Of a stretch of 64,000 nt of DNA, positions 35,697 through 46,479 are shown one piece after another (positions within the stretch are counted from its first letter, which is position 1; every line of letters starts with the position of its first letter). Origin of the DNA: Eledone cirrhosa (taxonomy: Eukaryota); contig CAXHJY010001040.1 in NCBI GenBank assembly GCA_964016885.1, positions 1 through 64,000 on the forward strand, in the 5' to 3' direction. Made by a program: the position numbers and the translations under genes. A model generated the notes under the pieces. The model was not told the origin of the DNA, made no database searches, and saw only the letters and a list, made by a program, of their open reading frames with translations.

Positions 35697-35894
35697 CTTT
35701 TGAGAAATTTCTTTCAGGGAGGGATACAAAACTTCCTTTGATAAAAGAGTCTTCATCATGTTTTGCATGACAGGTAAAATATCTGGATTGTTTCCACTAC
35801 TGCCACTGCTATTCCCTCCACCATCCATGCCTCCACCTGGGTTTAGGCCAAGATTGTTGAATGCTTGATTTAGACCCTCTTCATTTAACTGATC
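35697..35894 (-). CDS. PEX19: PEX19 coding exon: DQLNEEGLNQAFNNLGL...DILPVMQNMMKTLLSKEVLYPSLKEISQK
   Basis: Poly-T + CAG acceptor, GTAAAA donor, 198 nt, phase 0/0. Contains the diagnostic PEX19 motif MQxMMxxLLSKEVLYPSLKEI. Confidence 0.95.
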
Positions 35895-38704
35895 CTGAAA
35901 AAAAAAACCCATAAAACATTTTTTTTTAAATGATAAAATAACGTATTCATTCTTAACCATATTTATAACAAGTATATACTACCTGTGTCTTCATCATTAT
36001 CATCTAATATCCATTCTCCTTTCTAGCAAAAGTTAGACAGGTCTTCACAGACTATGCAGTACTTAACCTTTAGCATGCTGAATTTTTTTAATGAATTGCT
36101 TCCCTTGACACTGCATTGTGTGTTAAGGGGAGATTACTCTATCAGCAACAGAAAGCACCTAGAGGACCCAGACAGTTAAATGGAACTACCAACTTCTCAA
36201 ATGGGCCATGGGCTTGTATCTTGTTTATACACATTCCCATGCTCTACTTAATGCATTATTAACGTGGCACCAGCACTATGGAGGTAGTTGTGTCTTTGAC
36301 ACATATGAAAAGTTTCCTAACCCTTTGTTTGGCATGTTTTCTACAGCTGGATGCCTATCATTTCACAGATTGTACTGGGAGTGTTATGATAAAATGTATA
36401 AACAAAGTTATTCCAGTGTTCATTTTTTTGTATATTTATAAATACTTTATTTAATGTGGCCTTTCTATATTAAAACAGTGGGTTGTGATTTGAGGGAAGT
36501 TTAACTGTTATTTTTGTAAAGTGGATTCCTGATATTTTTTTTTTTTTTTAGCTGATGCATGGTATAGAAGAAAAGGTGCCTGTTTACTTGTTTAAATTTT
36601 GTGCTATTATATAATGAGTTTTTGATTAAAATAATAATTTTAAAAAAATTAACAGTTTAATTCAAATAGCCTCAAGCAGGTTGTAACACAGGAGAACTGC
36701 TGATCTTCAGCATATTAGTATTGAAAGGGTTAATGCCCACTCTTCAATTATGACTGTCTATTTGCAAGTTTACTTGTAATAATAATGCATGATAAAAATG
36801 ATTAGACATGTACTGCTCTGCAAACATTACATTCATGCTAACATGGAAAAATTAATGTAAATTCTTTCATATTTTCCATGCTTGCATGCGTTAGACAGGT
36901 CATGTTACGAAGCGAGCCAAGTCAGGTGACTCCATCTTGTTCATATAGATCTTTTTGGGGCTTGGTTTTCTACAGCTGGATACCCTTTTCAACACCAACC
37001 AAATTATAGCATGTACTGGGAGCTTTTTGTGGCACCACCACTAATACTTTACAGTCAGTACAACCCTACCAGGGTGGACTAGGTACTGTTTTTGACGTGT
37101 TACCAGCATGACCACCTTGCTGGAGTGCTGGTGCCACATCAAAAAAGCACCCAGTCCAACCTTGGTATGGTTGTACTGGCTGTAGTAGTGGTGATGCTAC
37201 AAAAAAGCAGTACATGCTGAAATGTGGTTGGTGTTGGGAAGGCCATCCAGCTGTAGAAAACCAAGCCAAAAATAGGATGTTTTTTGCTGCAGAAACAGCA
37301 CAACCACCTTACTGGGTGAACTGAGTGCTTTTTGTTGTTGTGGTACTGGTACTAGCAACATATGATAAAAGATAATTATAATTGTTTATTTAGACTAAAT
37401 AAAAATGTTTACCTTTGGTTATTTCCCTTTTGGAATCGAAATGATTTACTATGAATATCAAAATCTTCTCAAAAATACATTAATATTGATTTTGTTTTAT
37501 CTGCAAAACTATTAATTTGAAAGAGAACAATAAACTTGACTATACCTAAAAATATTAGAGTATATTCTATTATCATATAATACTCAGCTCACTCAGATTT
37601 TCCCCAGAAGAAGAATAAAGGCATTACATTTTTTCATGATAATTTTTCTTACAAAATGCTAGTAAACTACAATACAAATAAAAAATATAAATCAAAGTTG
37701 TACTTCAACATAAAATGTTCTAAAAATCTGGATATTTCTCAACAGCAGTTTGACAAATAGAGATAGATAAAATTAAGTACTAGACTTGAAAAAATAACTA
37801 TTGGTGTTGATATGATCAACAAAATATTTTTAAAGCAGTGCCTCAGCATAGCCACAGCTTATTGACCGAACTCAATAAAAGAATTGCTTTCTTTTTCATT
37901 ATTGATGTGAGTAGAAGCTTGGCTGCAGTGAAAGAAGTCATTAGTCACAAAGGCAATATATTTTTGAAGACGCAATGAGATATTGTGAAATCAATCTCAT
38001 TCTTATGGGAAGTAACAGCTTAAATCAAAAGAACTGTATAAATAAAGTGAAATGACTTCAAAGACGAATAAAAACTAGGTTGTTGCTTTAACTTGACAGG
38101 AATTAACTACTTGCTGTAAAGCATTTGCCTCAAATTGAGTAAATATTGATTTATTAAAGAGGGAGAAAACTGAAAATTTAAAGGCGAAGAGAATAAGATT
38201 TGACCAGGAATAGTTGTTGGTTTCATAGAGCAAAATCATCATCTTTCATTTTCATGTTGATTTTCCAGCATAGAAAAGTTGATGTAATAAGGACGATTTC
38301 TATATCATTTATATAAGGATGATTTATATATCATTTAACATCCATTCTCCATGGAAGTAAGGGTTGGATGGATTGTCACAGACCATGTCAGTGTTTAAAA
38401 TTGAAGATACTGATTGCTTAGAGGGGCTGGAGGTCACATTTCACATATGTTCCTAGATTTTGCAGAGTACACTGGGTGCATTTTCTTGTAGTACCAGTAT
38501 TGGTGAGGTTGTCCTGCATTTAACACAACTGAAGAACCCTCTCAACTTATATATATATACACACACATAAACAAGGTAAAAACCAAGTAAGCTAATCAGG
38601 AGGAGAGAAAAGTGATTAGTTATGCAGATTACTAGCCAGTAGATATTAATTTTTTTTTTAATTTGAATTTGGCAGAGCCGGCAATTTATTGCTCGTATAC
38701 AGGA

Positions 38705-38815
38705 AACTGACTGGCCAGTCTGCTGATATGCAAATCTGGCTGATCAGTGGATCTGCTAATAGGCAGATCTGACTGATTAGCCAGTCTGCTAATATGCAAA
38801 TCAGGCCAATCAGTC
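38705..38815. repeat. About 31-bp imperfect tandem repeat (TCTGCTAATATGCAAATCTGGCTGATCAG-like) x3-4
   Basis: Direct reading; lies just upstream of the 38872 hammerhead. Confidence 0.7.
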
Positions 38816-38871
38816 ACTGTATATTTTAGAAAATAGCAGATATTTTCACTAGCTCTGACAGTTGGCAGGTG

Positions 38872-38931
38872 AACAGTGAGCTGTACTGATGAAGGGTGAT
38901 ACCCAGAAACATTAGTGTCTGCAGTTCTGTT
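38872..38931 (+). ncRNA. Minimal type I hammerhead ribozyme motif
   Basis: GAGCUGUA-CUGAUGA-A-GGGU-GAU-ACCC-A-GAAAC-AUUAGU-GUC^UGCAGUUC. 8-bp stem I, GUC triplet, near-palindromic stem III (ACAUUAGUGU). Confidence 0.75.
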
Positions 38932-39098
38932 TATATGCCAACACGAGCAAGAATGAAGGGTTCATTCAACTGACATGGCTTTAAAAATTAGGCTTGTTTG
39001 CATAATTGCAAACGAATCGAATGTTGTTAATAATATTCGAAAAACTCAGATTACATTTATTGTATTCAGCCATGTAGAGGGAAATTTTAGTTTTTATT

Positions 39099-39137
<39 letters not shown>

Positions 39138-39151
39138 ATATATATATATGT

Positions 39152-40560
39152 AGAGGCATTAAGTTAGTTGACCCGGTCATGAAGGTCACAGAAAGAGTTA
39201 TAGCACAACTAATCAAAGATCGAATTGATCTAGATGAAATGCAGTTTGGGTTTGTGTCAGGTAAAAGTACCACAGATGCACTTTTGTTTGTATGACAACT
39301 ACAGGAGAAGTACCTAGCTAAAAGTAACCCCCCCCTACCGCCCACTTAGCTTTTGTTGACTTGGAGAAAGCCTTTGACAGAGTCCCCCACTCCATTATGT
39401 GGTGGGCCCTTAGAAAACTAGAGCTATACAAGCCATGTATAAAGAAACAGTCAGCAAGGTTAGAATTAACAATGAATATAGTGAAGAATTTAGCGTAAAA
39501 GTTGGTGTTCATCAAGGATCTGTCCTTAGACCCCTCCTGTTTATTATTGCTCTTCAGGCTATAACAGAGGAGTTTAAGACCAGCTGCCCATGGGAATTTC
39601 TATATGCAGATGATCTAACTCTTATAGCTAAATCTATGGCCGAACTAGAGAAGAAATTCCAAACATGGCCTAGAATCAAAAGGCCTTAAAGTTAACTTGT
39701 CTAAGACAAACGTTCTAGTATGTAGAAAGGAAAATAGGGCACAGGTGCCCTCTGGGAAATGGCCATGCTCAGTGTGTAGGAAAGGAGTAGGCAGAAATAC
39801 CATTTTATGTCCCAAATGCAAACTATGGATACATAAAAGATGTAGTTGGATCACAGGTAAACTATCTAAGAACGTAGATTTTACATGTGGCTGATGCTCA
39901 GGTGCAATAAGTAGCAGGTGCCCACAGGATACTAGCTCCTTCTACTGCCCAGATGGTTCTATAGAAATAGTGGACACTTTCCGTTACCTGGGTGACAAAA
40001 TCAGCAATGGTGGAGGGTGCTCTGAAAGTACAGTAGCCAGAGTTAGAACGGGATGGAAAAAGTTCAGAGAGCTTATACCGCTGTTGGCCACAAAAGGTTT
40101 CTCTCTGAAAATGAAAGGCAGATTGTATGATGCCTGTATACGAACAGCAATGTTACATGGCAGTGAGACATGTGCATTGTGTGCAGAGGACCTGCGCAGA
40201 CTGGAAAGGAATGAAGCTTGCATGCTCCGTTGGATGTGTAATAGTAATATACACGAACAGCTAAACATAAACAAACTAAGTGAGAAATTAGGAATAAGAG
40301 TGATCAGATGCTGTTTACTTGAGAGAAGATTACGTTGTTGGTATGGTCACGTGATGCCGCTTGAAAGGCGACAGCTGTATAAAAAATTGCAGGACGATCA
40401 GAATTGATGGAAGTTACGGAGTAGGTAGACCCAGAAATACCTGGGACGACTTGACAAATTCCGACCTTGCACACTTGCACCTCTCTAAGACAATGTTACT
40501 GGATCGAGATCTGTGCGCCATGCTGTAATACAGAAGACCCGCGTTCCCTATGTGCAAAGT
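39152..40560 (+). mobile_element. 5'-truncated RTE LINE RT region with an embedded Cys/His finger
   Basis: RGIKLVD, MQFGFV, DLEKAFDRVP, GVHQGSVL, LYADDL, CSVC...CPKC...HKRC, FRYLGD, MLHGSET, ERRLRCWYGHV. Confidence 0.92.
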
Positions 40561-41299
40561 TAACCTACAGTCAGTAGGCCCCTCCAAACCAAACATACAT
40601 CCAAACCCACAATCCCTACTCGACCATTCCACTCCCACCAACACCACTCTTTCTCTATAAAGTTATGTTGGTACCACAACACCCAGTCCAAAACTAATGA
40701 GGTCGTGTAGGTGTCACAGCTACAAAAAAAAAAAAGAAAAGGGAAGAGAAAAAAAAAGGAAAGGGAGAAAAGGGAAAAAAAACAGGCCATGCTGTAATGT
40801 GGTAGTGTAGGTAACACGGTTAAAAGCCCCCAGTCCACACTGTAAATGTGGTTGGTGTTAGGAAGGGAATCCAACCATAGAAAACCTGCCAGATAGACCT
40901 ATACGAGCGAGACACGGTCACTTTTTCTCATGACATCTACACGACCACTTTACATTGTGGACTGGGTGCTTTTTGTCGTGGCACTTACAGAACCACTTTA
41001 CAGTGTGGACTTGGCACCTTTGTCATGTTACCGACACAACCCCTTTACAGTGGGGCCTGGGCACTTTTGTCTTGGGACTAGGGAGTGGGGAGGAAGCTTG
41101 GAGAAAATGTGGACAGGGTAGTAGGGGAGGTATGGTTACCACTAAGGGAGGTGAATAAGAGGAGATAGAAGGTTTAGGAAGGTGTTACCTACTAGGTATA
41201 AGCCTCAGCCTGAGAATAATAGAGGGCGGGTCTTCTGTAAAACTGCATAGAACCAGAGGTCAGCTTTTATTACAGCTTTGTGCAAGGTCAGCTTTTATT

Positions 41300-41652
41300 A
41301 CCTTATCTCAAGTCTTCCTAGGCCTGCCCACACCACGGCTGCCATCGACTTTGAGAGTTCTGCACCTTACTATAGAACTATCATCCTTCATACGCATCAC
41401 ATGTCCATACCAACGCAATCTCCTCTCCTACATACAACAACTGATTCCTCTTATGCCTAATTTCTCACGCAGTATATTTATACTTTGCCATTATATTGCT
41501 CTTGCACATCCATGGAAGCTTCATTTCTTTCCAATCTTCGCAGGTCCTCAGCACACAGTGCCCAGGTCTCACTGCTGTGCGACATTGTTGTTCGTATACA
41601 TGCATCATACAGCCTGCTTTTCATTTTGAAGGAAAAACCTTTTGTAGCTAGT
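41300..41652 (-). mobile_element. RTE LINE 3' fragment, inverted relative to the 39152 copy
   Basis: [48 protein letters not shown] on the minus strand. Confidence 0.85.
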
Positions 41653-41680
41653 AATATATATATATATATATATACATATA

Positions 41681-41734
<54 letters not shown>

Positions 41735-41862
41735 TGCATGTATGTATATGTGTATATATATATGTATATATATATGTGTATATATGTGTGTATATATATG
41801 TGTATGTATATATGTGTATATATATGTGTGTGTATATGTGTATATATATGTGTATATGTGTG

Positions 41863-41936
<74 letters not shown>
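41653..41936. repeat. (TA)n/(TG)n compound microsatellite
   Basis: Direct reading. Confidence 0.95.
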
Positions 41937-41939
<3 letters not shown>

Positions 41940-42000
41940 GTGGAACACTGGAAGGTAATATCCATAGTGGTAGAGCACTCAGTCCAAGGGGCGAGTTAGG

Positions 42001-42136
42001 TAGAAGTGGTTACACAACAGTTAGTTCACTATACCTAGAACAATTGTTTCACCTTAGCGGATCCTCAGCTGAAGATCCGCAAAGGTGAAACAATTGTTCT
42101 CGGTATGGTGAACTAACTGTTGTGTAACCACTTCTA
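42001..42136. repeat. 136-bp palindrome centred at 42068/42069 (TCAG|CTGA) carrying a hammerhead core on each strand
   Basis: Plus: CUGAAGA-UCCGCAAAGGU-GAAAC-AAUU-GUU. Minus: CUGAGGA-UCCGCUAAGGU-GAAAC-AAUU-GUU. Confidence 0.85.
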
Positions 42137-42140
42137 TCTT

Positions 42141-42171
<31 letters not shown>

Positions 42172-42183
42172 TTTTTTTTTTTT

Positions 42184-42400
42184 GCGGAGAGTTGTGGCTG
42201 AGTGGTTAGAGAATTGGATTCACAATCTTGGGGTTGTGAGTTCGATTCCTGGACCGGGCGATGCGTTATGTCCTTGAGCAAGACACTTTATTTCACGTTG
42301 CTCCTTCTACCTGGAGTTGCGACTGATAGATAGTACGAGCAACTGGAAAGACCGACAAAAACATTGTTTCCTTGGTCCGATTTGACGAAAGTCAATCGAT
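42184..42400 (+). mobile_element. tRNA-derived SINE (family B)
   Basis: TGGCTGAGTGGTTAG A box and GAGTTCGATTCC B box; homologous to 653-868. Confidence 0.8.
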
Positions 42401-42465
42401 CCAGATATACATATATATATATATGTATATATGTATATATGTATATATATATATATGTATATATA

Positions 42466-42753
42466 AAGTTATGTTGGTGCCACAAAATCCAGGCCGAAAC
42501 AAATGAGATTGTGTAGGTGTCACGACAAAAAAACACACAGTCCACGCTGTAATGTGGCCGTGTAGGCAACATGGTTATAACCTCCCAGCCCCACACTGTA
42601 AATGTGATTGGTGTTAGGAAGGGCATCCAGCTGTAGAAAACCCGCCAGACAGTACTATGCAAGCAAGACAACCACTCTTGCCTCAAGTGGGAAAACTCCC
42701 GTCCAAACCCATGCAAGCATGGAACATGGACGTTTAAACGATGATGATGATGA
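42466..42753 (+). mobile_element. (GAT)n-tailed non-autonomous element (RTE-tail family)
   Basis: GGTGTTAGGAAGGGCATCCAGCTGTAGAAAACC...CCCATGCAAGCATGGAACATGGACGTTTAAACGATGATG. Related copies at about 40655-40890 (+) and 44058-44310 (-). Confidence 0.75.
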
Positions 42754-43792
42754 TATATGTGTGTATATATATGTACATATATATGTGTATATATGTATAT
42801 GCAGTGGCGTAGCTAGGGTGTGGTAAGCAGGGCACATGCCACGAGCGCCATATTTAGAGGGGCGCAATTTCGACCTAGATCGCTTTACATCCATGTCGTT
42901 TTTATCATTTTTAAAAATATAAGCCAACAATGAAGCATGTGATTTCTTGATAGCCGACTTCCACACCATGTCTAGTGCACTAGACAGAGCAGATGTCTGA
43001 TTTGATTTCACAAAAATATATATATATGTGTATATATTTTATATATATATGTATGTTTTATATGTGTATATATTTTATATATATATATGTATTTTATGTA
43101 TATACATATTTTATATATATATATATTTTATATATATATGCTTGTGCGTACATATATATATATACACACACCTGTATGGATTTGTGTCTGTAGATGTGTG
43201 TGTGTCTGAGGGGATAGGTGTGAGTGTATGTACAAGTCAACCAACATAAGCCTTTTATTTCTAAATTTTCTAAACTATCTAAGTATTTGACTAACCATTA
43301 TTTTAAGTATTACCACCCCACATTAAATCATTAATTCCTCAATTTGTATCTGTGGATGTGTGTGTGTGTCTGTGGAGGTGGGTGTGAGTGTACGTGCAAG
43401 CCAACCTACATAAGTCTTTTTATTTGTAAATTTTCTACTCTAACCATAATTTTCAGTAGCACCACTCCACATAAATTCCTCAATTTAAGAATGACCTGTA
43501 GTATCTATTTCATACTATTAACTTTAATTGAATATATATCTGACCAGGAATGCTTTTTGTGAAAATCAGTCATATGGAACTATTGTCATCTTGCCTGACA
43601 GTTTGAACTTTACAACACCACCTGCCTCTTTGAGGTCAAATACCAACCCTACTAGCATCTACAAACTGACCAATGAGAATTAAGTCTATTCCTGCTGACA
43701 ACATTAAATTATTCCTAACAAGCTCATATGTCCCAAGGCTCTGATACCATCAACACTATAAACACAGAGCTGCCATATCTAAGAACTGACTA

Positions 43793-43847
43793 ACTGCCTG
43801 ATGAGGTCATAGCCATTCAATGGCATCATCGAAATATATATACCAGT
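43793..43847 (+). ncRNA. Degenerate type I hammerhead ribozyme motif
   Basis: ACUGC-CUGAUGA-GGUCAUA-GCCAUU-C-AAUGGC-AUCAUC-GAAAU-AUAU-AUA^CCAGU. Long stem II, palindromic AU stem III, C-C mismatch at the first stem I pair. Confidence 0.55.
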
Positions 43848-43888
43848 AAATAAAGGATTATGAGTTCATGCAATTGACTTATGTTTTG

Positions 43889-43933
<45 letters not shown>

Positions 43934-44057
43934 ATATATATATATATATATATGTACATATATATATGTATATATGTATATATATATATATATATATATG
44001 TACATATATATGTATATATATATACGTGTGTGTGTATATATATATGTATGTATGCAT

Positions 44058-44548
44058 ATCATCATCATCATCATCATCGTTTAACGTCCATCTTCCACGC
44101 TTGCATGGGTTTGGACAGGAGTTTTCCCACTTGAGGCAAGATTTGTTGTCCTGCTCGTATAGGACTGTCTGGCGGGTTTTCTACGGCTGGAAGCCCTTCC
44201 TAACACCAACCACGTTTACAGTGTGGACTGGGAGGATTTTACTGTGTTACCTACACGGCCACATTACAGCGTGGACTGTGTGTTTTTTTTTGTCGTGACA
44301 CCTACACGTCTGGCAGGTTTTCTACGGCTGGGTGCCCTTCCCAACACCAACCACGTTTACAGTGCGTACTGGGAGGTTTTTACCGTGTTACCTACACGGC
44401 CACATTACAGCGTGGACTGTGTTTTTTTTGTCGTGACACCTACACGTCTGGCGGGTTTTCTATGGCTGCGTGCCCTTCCCAACACCAACCACGTTTACAG
44501 TGTTTACTGGGAGGTTTTTACCGTGTTAACTACACGGCCACATTACAT
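44058..44548 (-). mobile_element. RTE-tail family element with an internal ~140-bp unit tandemly repeated about 2.7 times
   Basis: Units start TCTGGC at 44168, 44309 and 44447. (CAT)n tail at 44058-44078. Confidence 0.8.
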
Positions 44549-46077
44549 AAACCTCATTTGTATACTCATCTTAATATTTTTAAATATCTGACTTTTCTTC
44601 TCCCTTCACTATCCAAGGATAGCTTGAACCGTTAAGGTATATTATCCTTGGTTATGTCAAAAACACACTTTATTTATAAAACACACTTCGTATTTTATCT
44701 CAAATATATACAATAGAACAAATATGGATTCATAAATATAGCTTCGATCTATTTTATATCCTTGTGTATATATATATATATATATGATATTAACAAATGG
44801 AAACTATACTCATAAAACCACACCTATTTCATTATACACATTTCAAGGACACCAAGTTAAATTATGGTGTGCTTTCATCATATATGTATATATGTGTATA
44901 TATATGCAAGCAGGGAAAAGCGGACGTATGATGATGTTGATATATGTATATATGAGTGTGTGTATATATATATATATATATATCATATTTAAAATGCTGG
45001 AGAGAACAACAAAGATTTATGAATACATATATATATTCAATGGCTGACAAGTTGTTTCAAACACTGCACAGTAAGAATGGACATAGATGTTGAGATATCG
45101 AATATAAATCGATATTCGTCCATTAAAAATAAATAAATGTGTCAGTATTATCATCAGAGCCTAAAATAATTCTTTATAACGTCTTAACTCACAAATCAAA
45201 GCATAAATATGATTTTTTGCTCTGCTTATAATATGATTGTTAAACTATCTCTCTTTTCATCTAATCGCATTGCTCGCTAGTCTAGCAACCTTTATGCATT
45301 GTGCACACTAACCTTCTTTCTACTGGCTAGTAATCTGCATAACTTTTCTGTCCTGATTAGCTCACTTGCTTTTTACTTTGTTTATGAATATATATAATTT
45401 GAGAGGGTTCTTCAGTTGTGTTAAATGCATGAACCTCACCAATACTGGTACTACAAGAAAATGCACCCAGTGTACTCTGCAAAATCTAGGAGTATATGTG
45501 AAATGTGACCTCCAGCCCCTCTAAGCGATTAGTATCTTCAATGTTAAGCACCGACATGGTCTATGAGAGCAAAACCGTATATTGGGTGATCTGACCAGTT
45601 GGCCGTGCCGTGCCTTGCTCATAGTGGAGTCATGTTTAGGTTGGGTTTTCATGGCTGCAGGATGCCCTTCCTACTGTCAACCATATTTACAGTGTGGAGC
45701 TGGGTGACACCTTTATGAGACAAGTCTAACCAATTGGCCACGCTGTACCTTGCTCAACCAGAACTGTATTTTGGCTGGGATTTTTACAGCTGGATGCCTT
45801 TTCTAACACCATGTGAAATGAAGTGTCATACTCAATAACACAAAACGATGCTTGTACAGAAGTCAAACTCATGATCTTATAATCGTGAGCCCAACATTCT
45901 AACCACAAGACCATGTGACTTCACACAATTATATTAAACAATGATGATGATATGTTCAACACTTGCTAGTAGGGAAAGTGGATGTTAAATGATGATGATA
46001 AGAGAATGAGAGAAAGAGAGATGCTGCACAATTATAATATAGAATAGGTAGGAGATCCTTTTTGATGTTAATTTTAC

Positions 46078-46163
46078 CTGTAATCCTTCTGCATTTTGAG
46101 CTAAACTACTTAGTGTTTTAGCAAGTGTGTCTGCAAATTCCTTTTGAGCCTCGGGAGAGTCAC
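46078..46163 (-). CDS. PEX19: PEX19 coding exon: (G)DSPEAQKEFADTLAKTLSSLAQNAEGLQ
   Basis: TTTCAG acceptor, GTAAAA donor, 86 nt (2+84). Similar to the PEX19 QQEFxxxLxxTLSxLAxNAxxLQ segment. Too short for the ORF track. Confidence 0.9.
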
Positions 46164-46479
46164 CTGAAATAAAATACTAAACTGTTACATTATTTCTTAT
46201 AAAATAACAGCATATAGAATAGAATGTTCTTTATGTCATTGCAATAGTCTTCATCTTTCAACTCTCTCAGTCACTACAAATACTACAACTACAACTATTG
46301 CTGCTGCAGCATAGTTTTCCATTTGATGATTGCACTACCAGAGGATTGGACACTACAGGATTTAAATCAATGTCGTTACATTTTCTGCTCCATTGTCCTC
46401 GCTAGCCATGAAAATCATATATATATATTTTGAAGTATACACTGAGGAAAGTATTTAAAAAAAAAAAGGATTAAAATAA

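Noticed and set aside
42184-42260. tRNA-like sequence with A and B boxes (also at about 790-868, 4880-4951, 12180-12258)
   Set aside because: No complete cloverleaf, and it continues into a shared SINE body. These are SINE heads, not tRNA genes.
42802-43015. CAGTGGCGTAGC hAT-like terminus
   Set aside because: No matching second TIR or TSD was found, so it is too weak to list as an element.
44168-44548. Repeating peptide LPNTNHVYS...[13 protein letters not shown] suggesting a repeat protein
   Set aside because: Tandem amplification of a non-coding element segment found elsewhere in the window.
44613-44651. Hairpin CCAAGGATA...TATCCTTGG between TA tracts as a ribozyme relic
   Set aside because: No recognisable CUGANGA or GAAA core on either strand.
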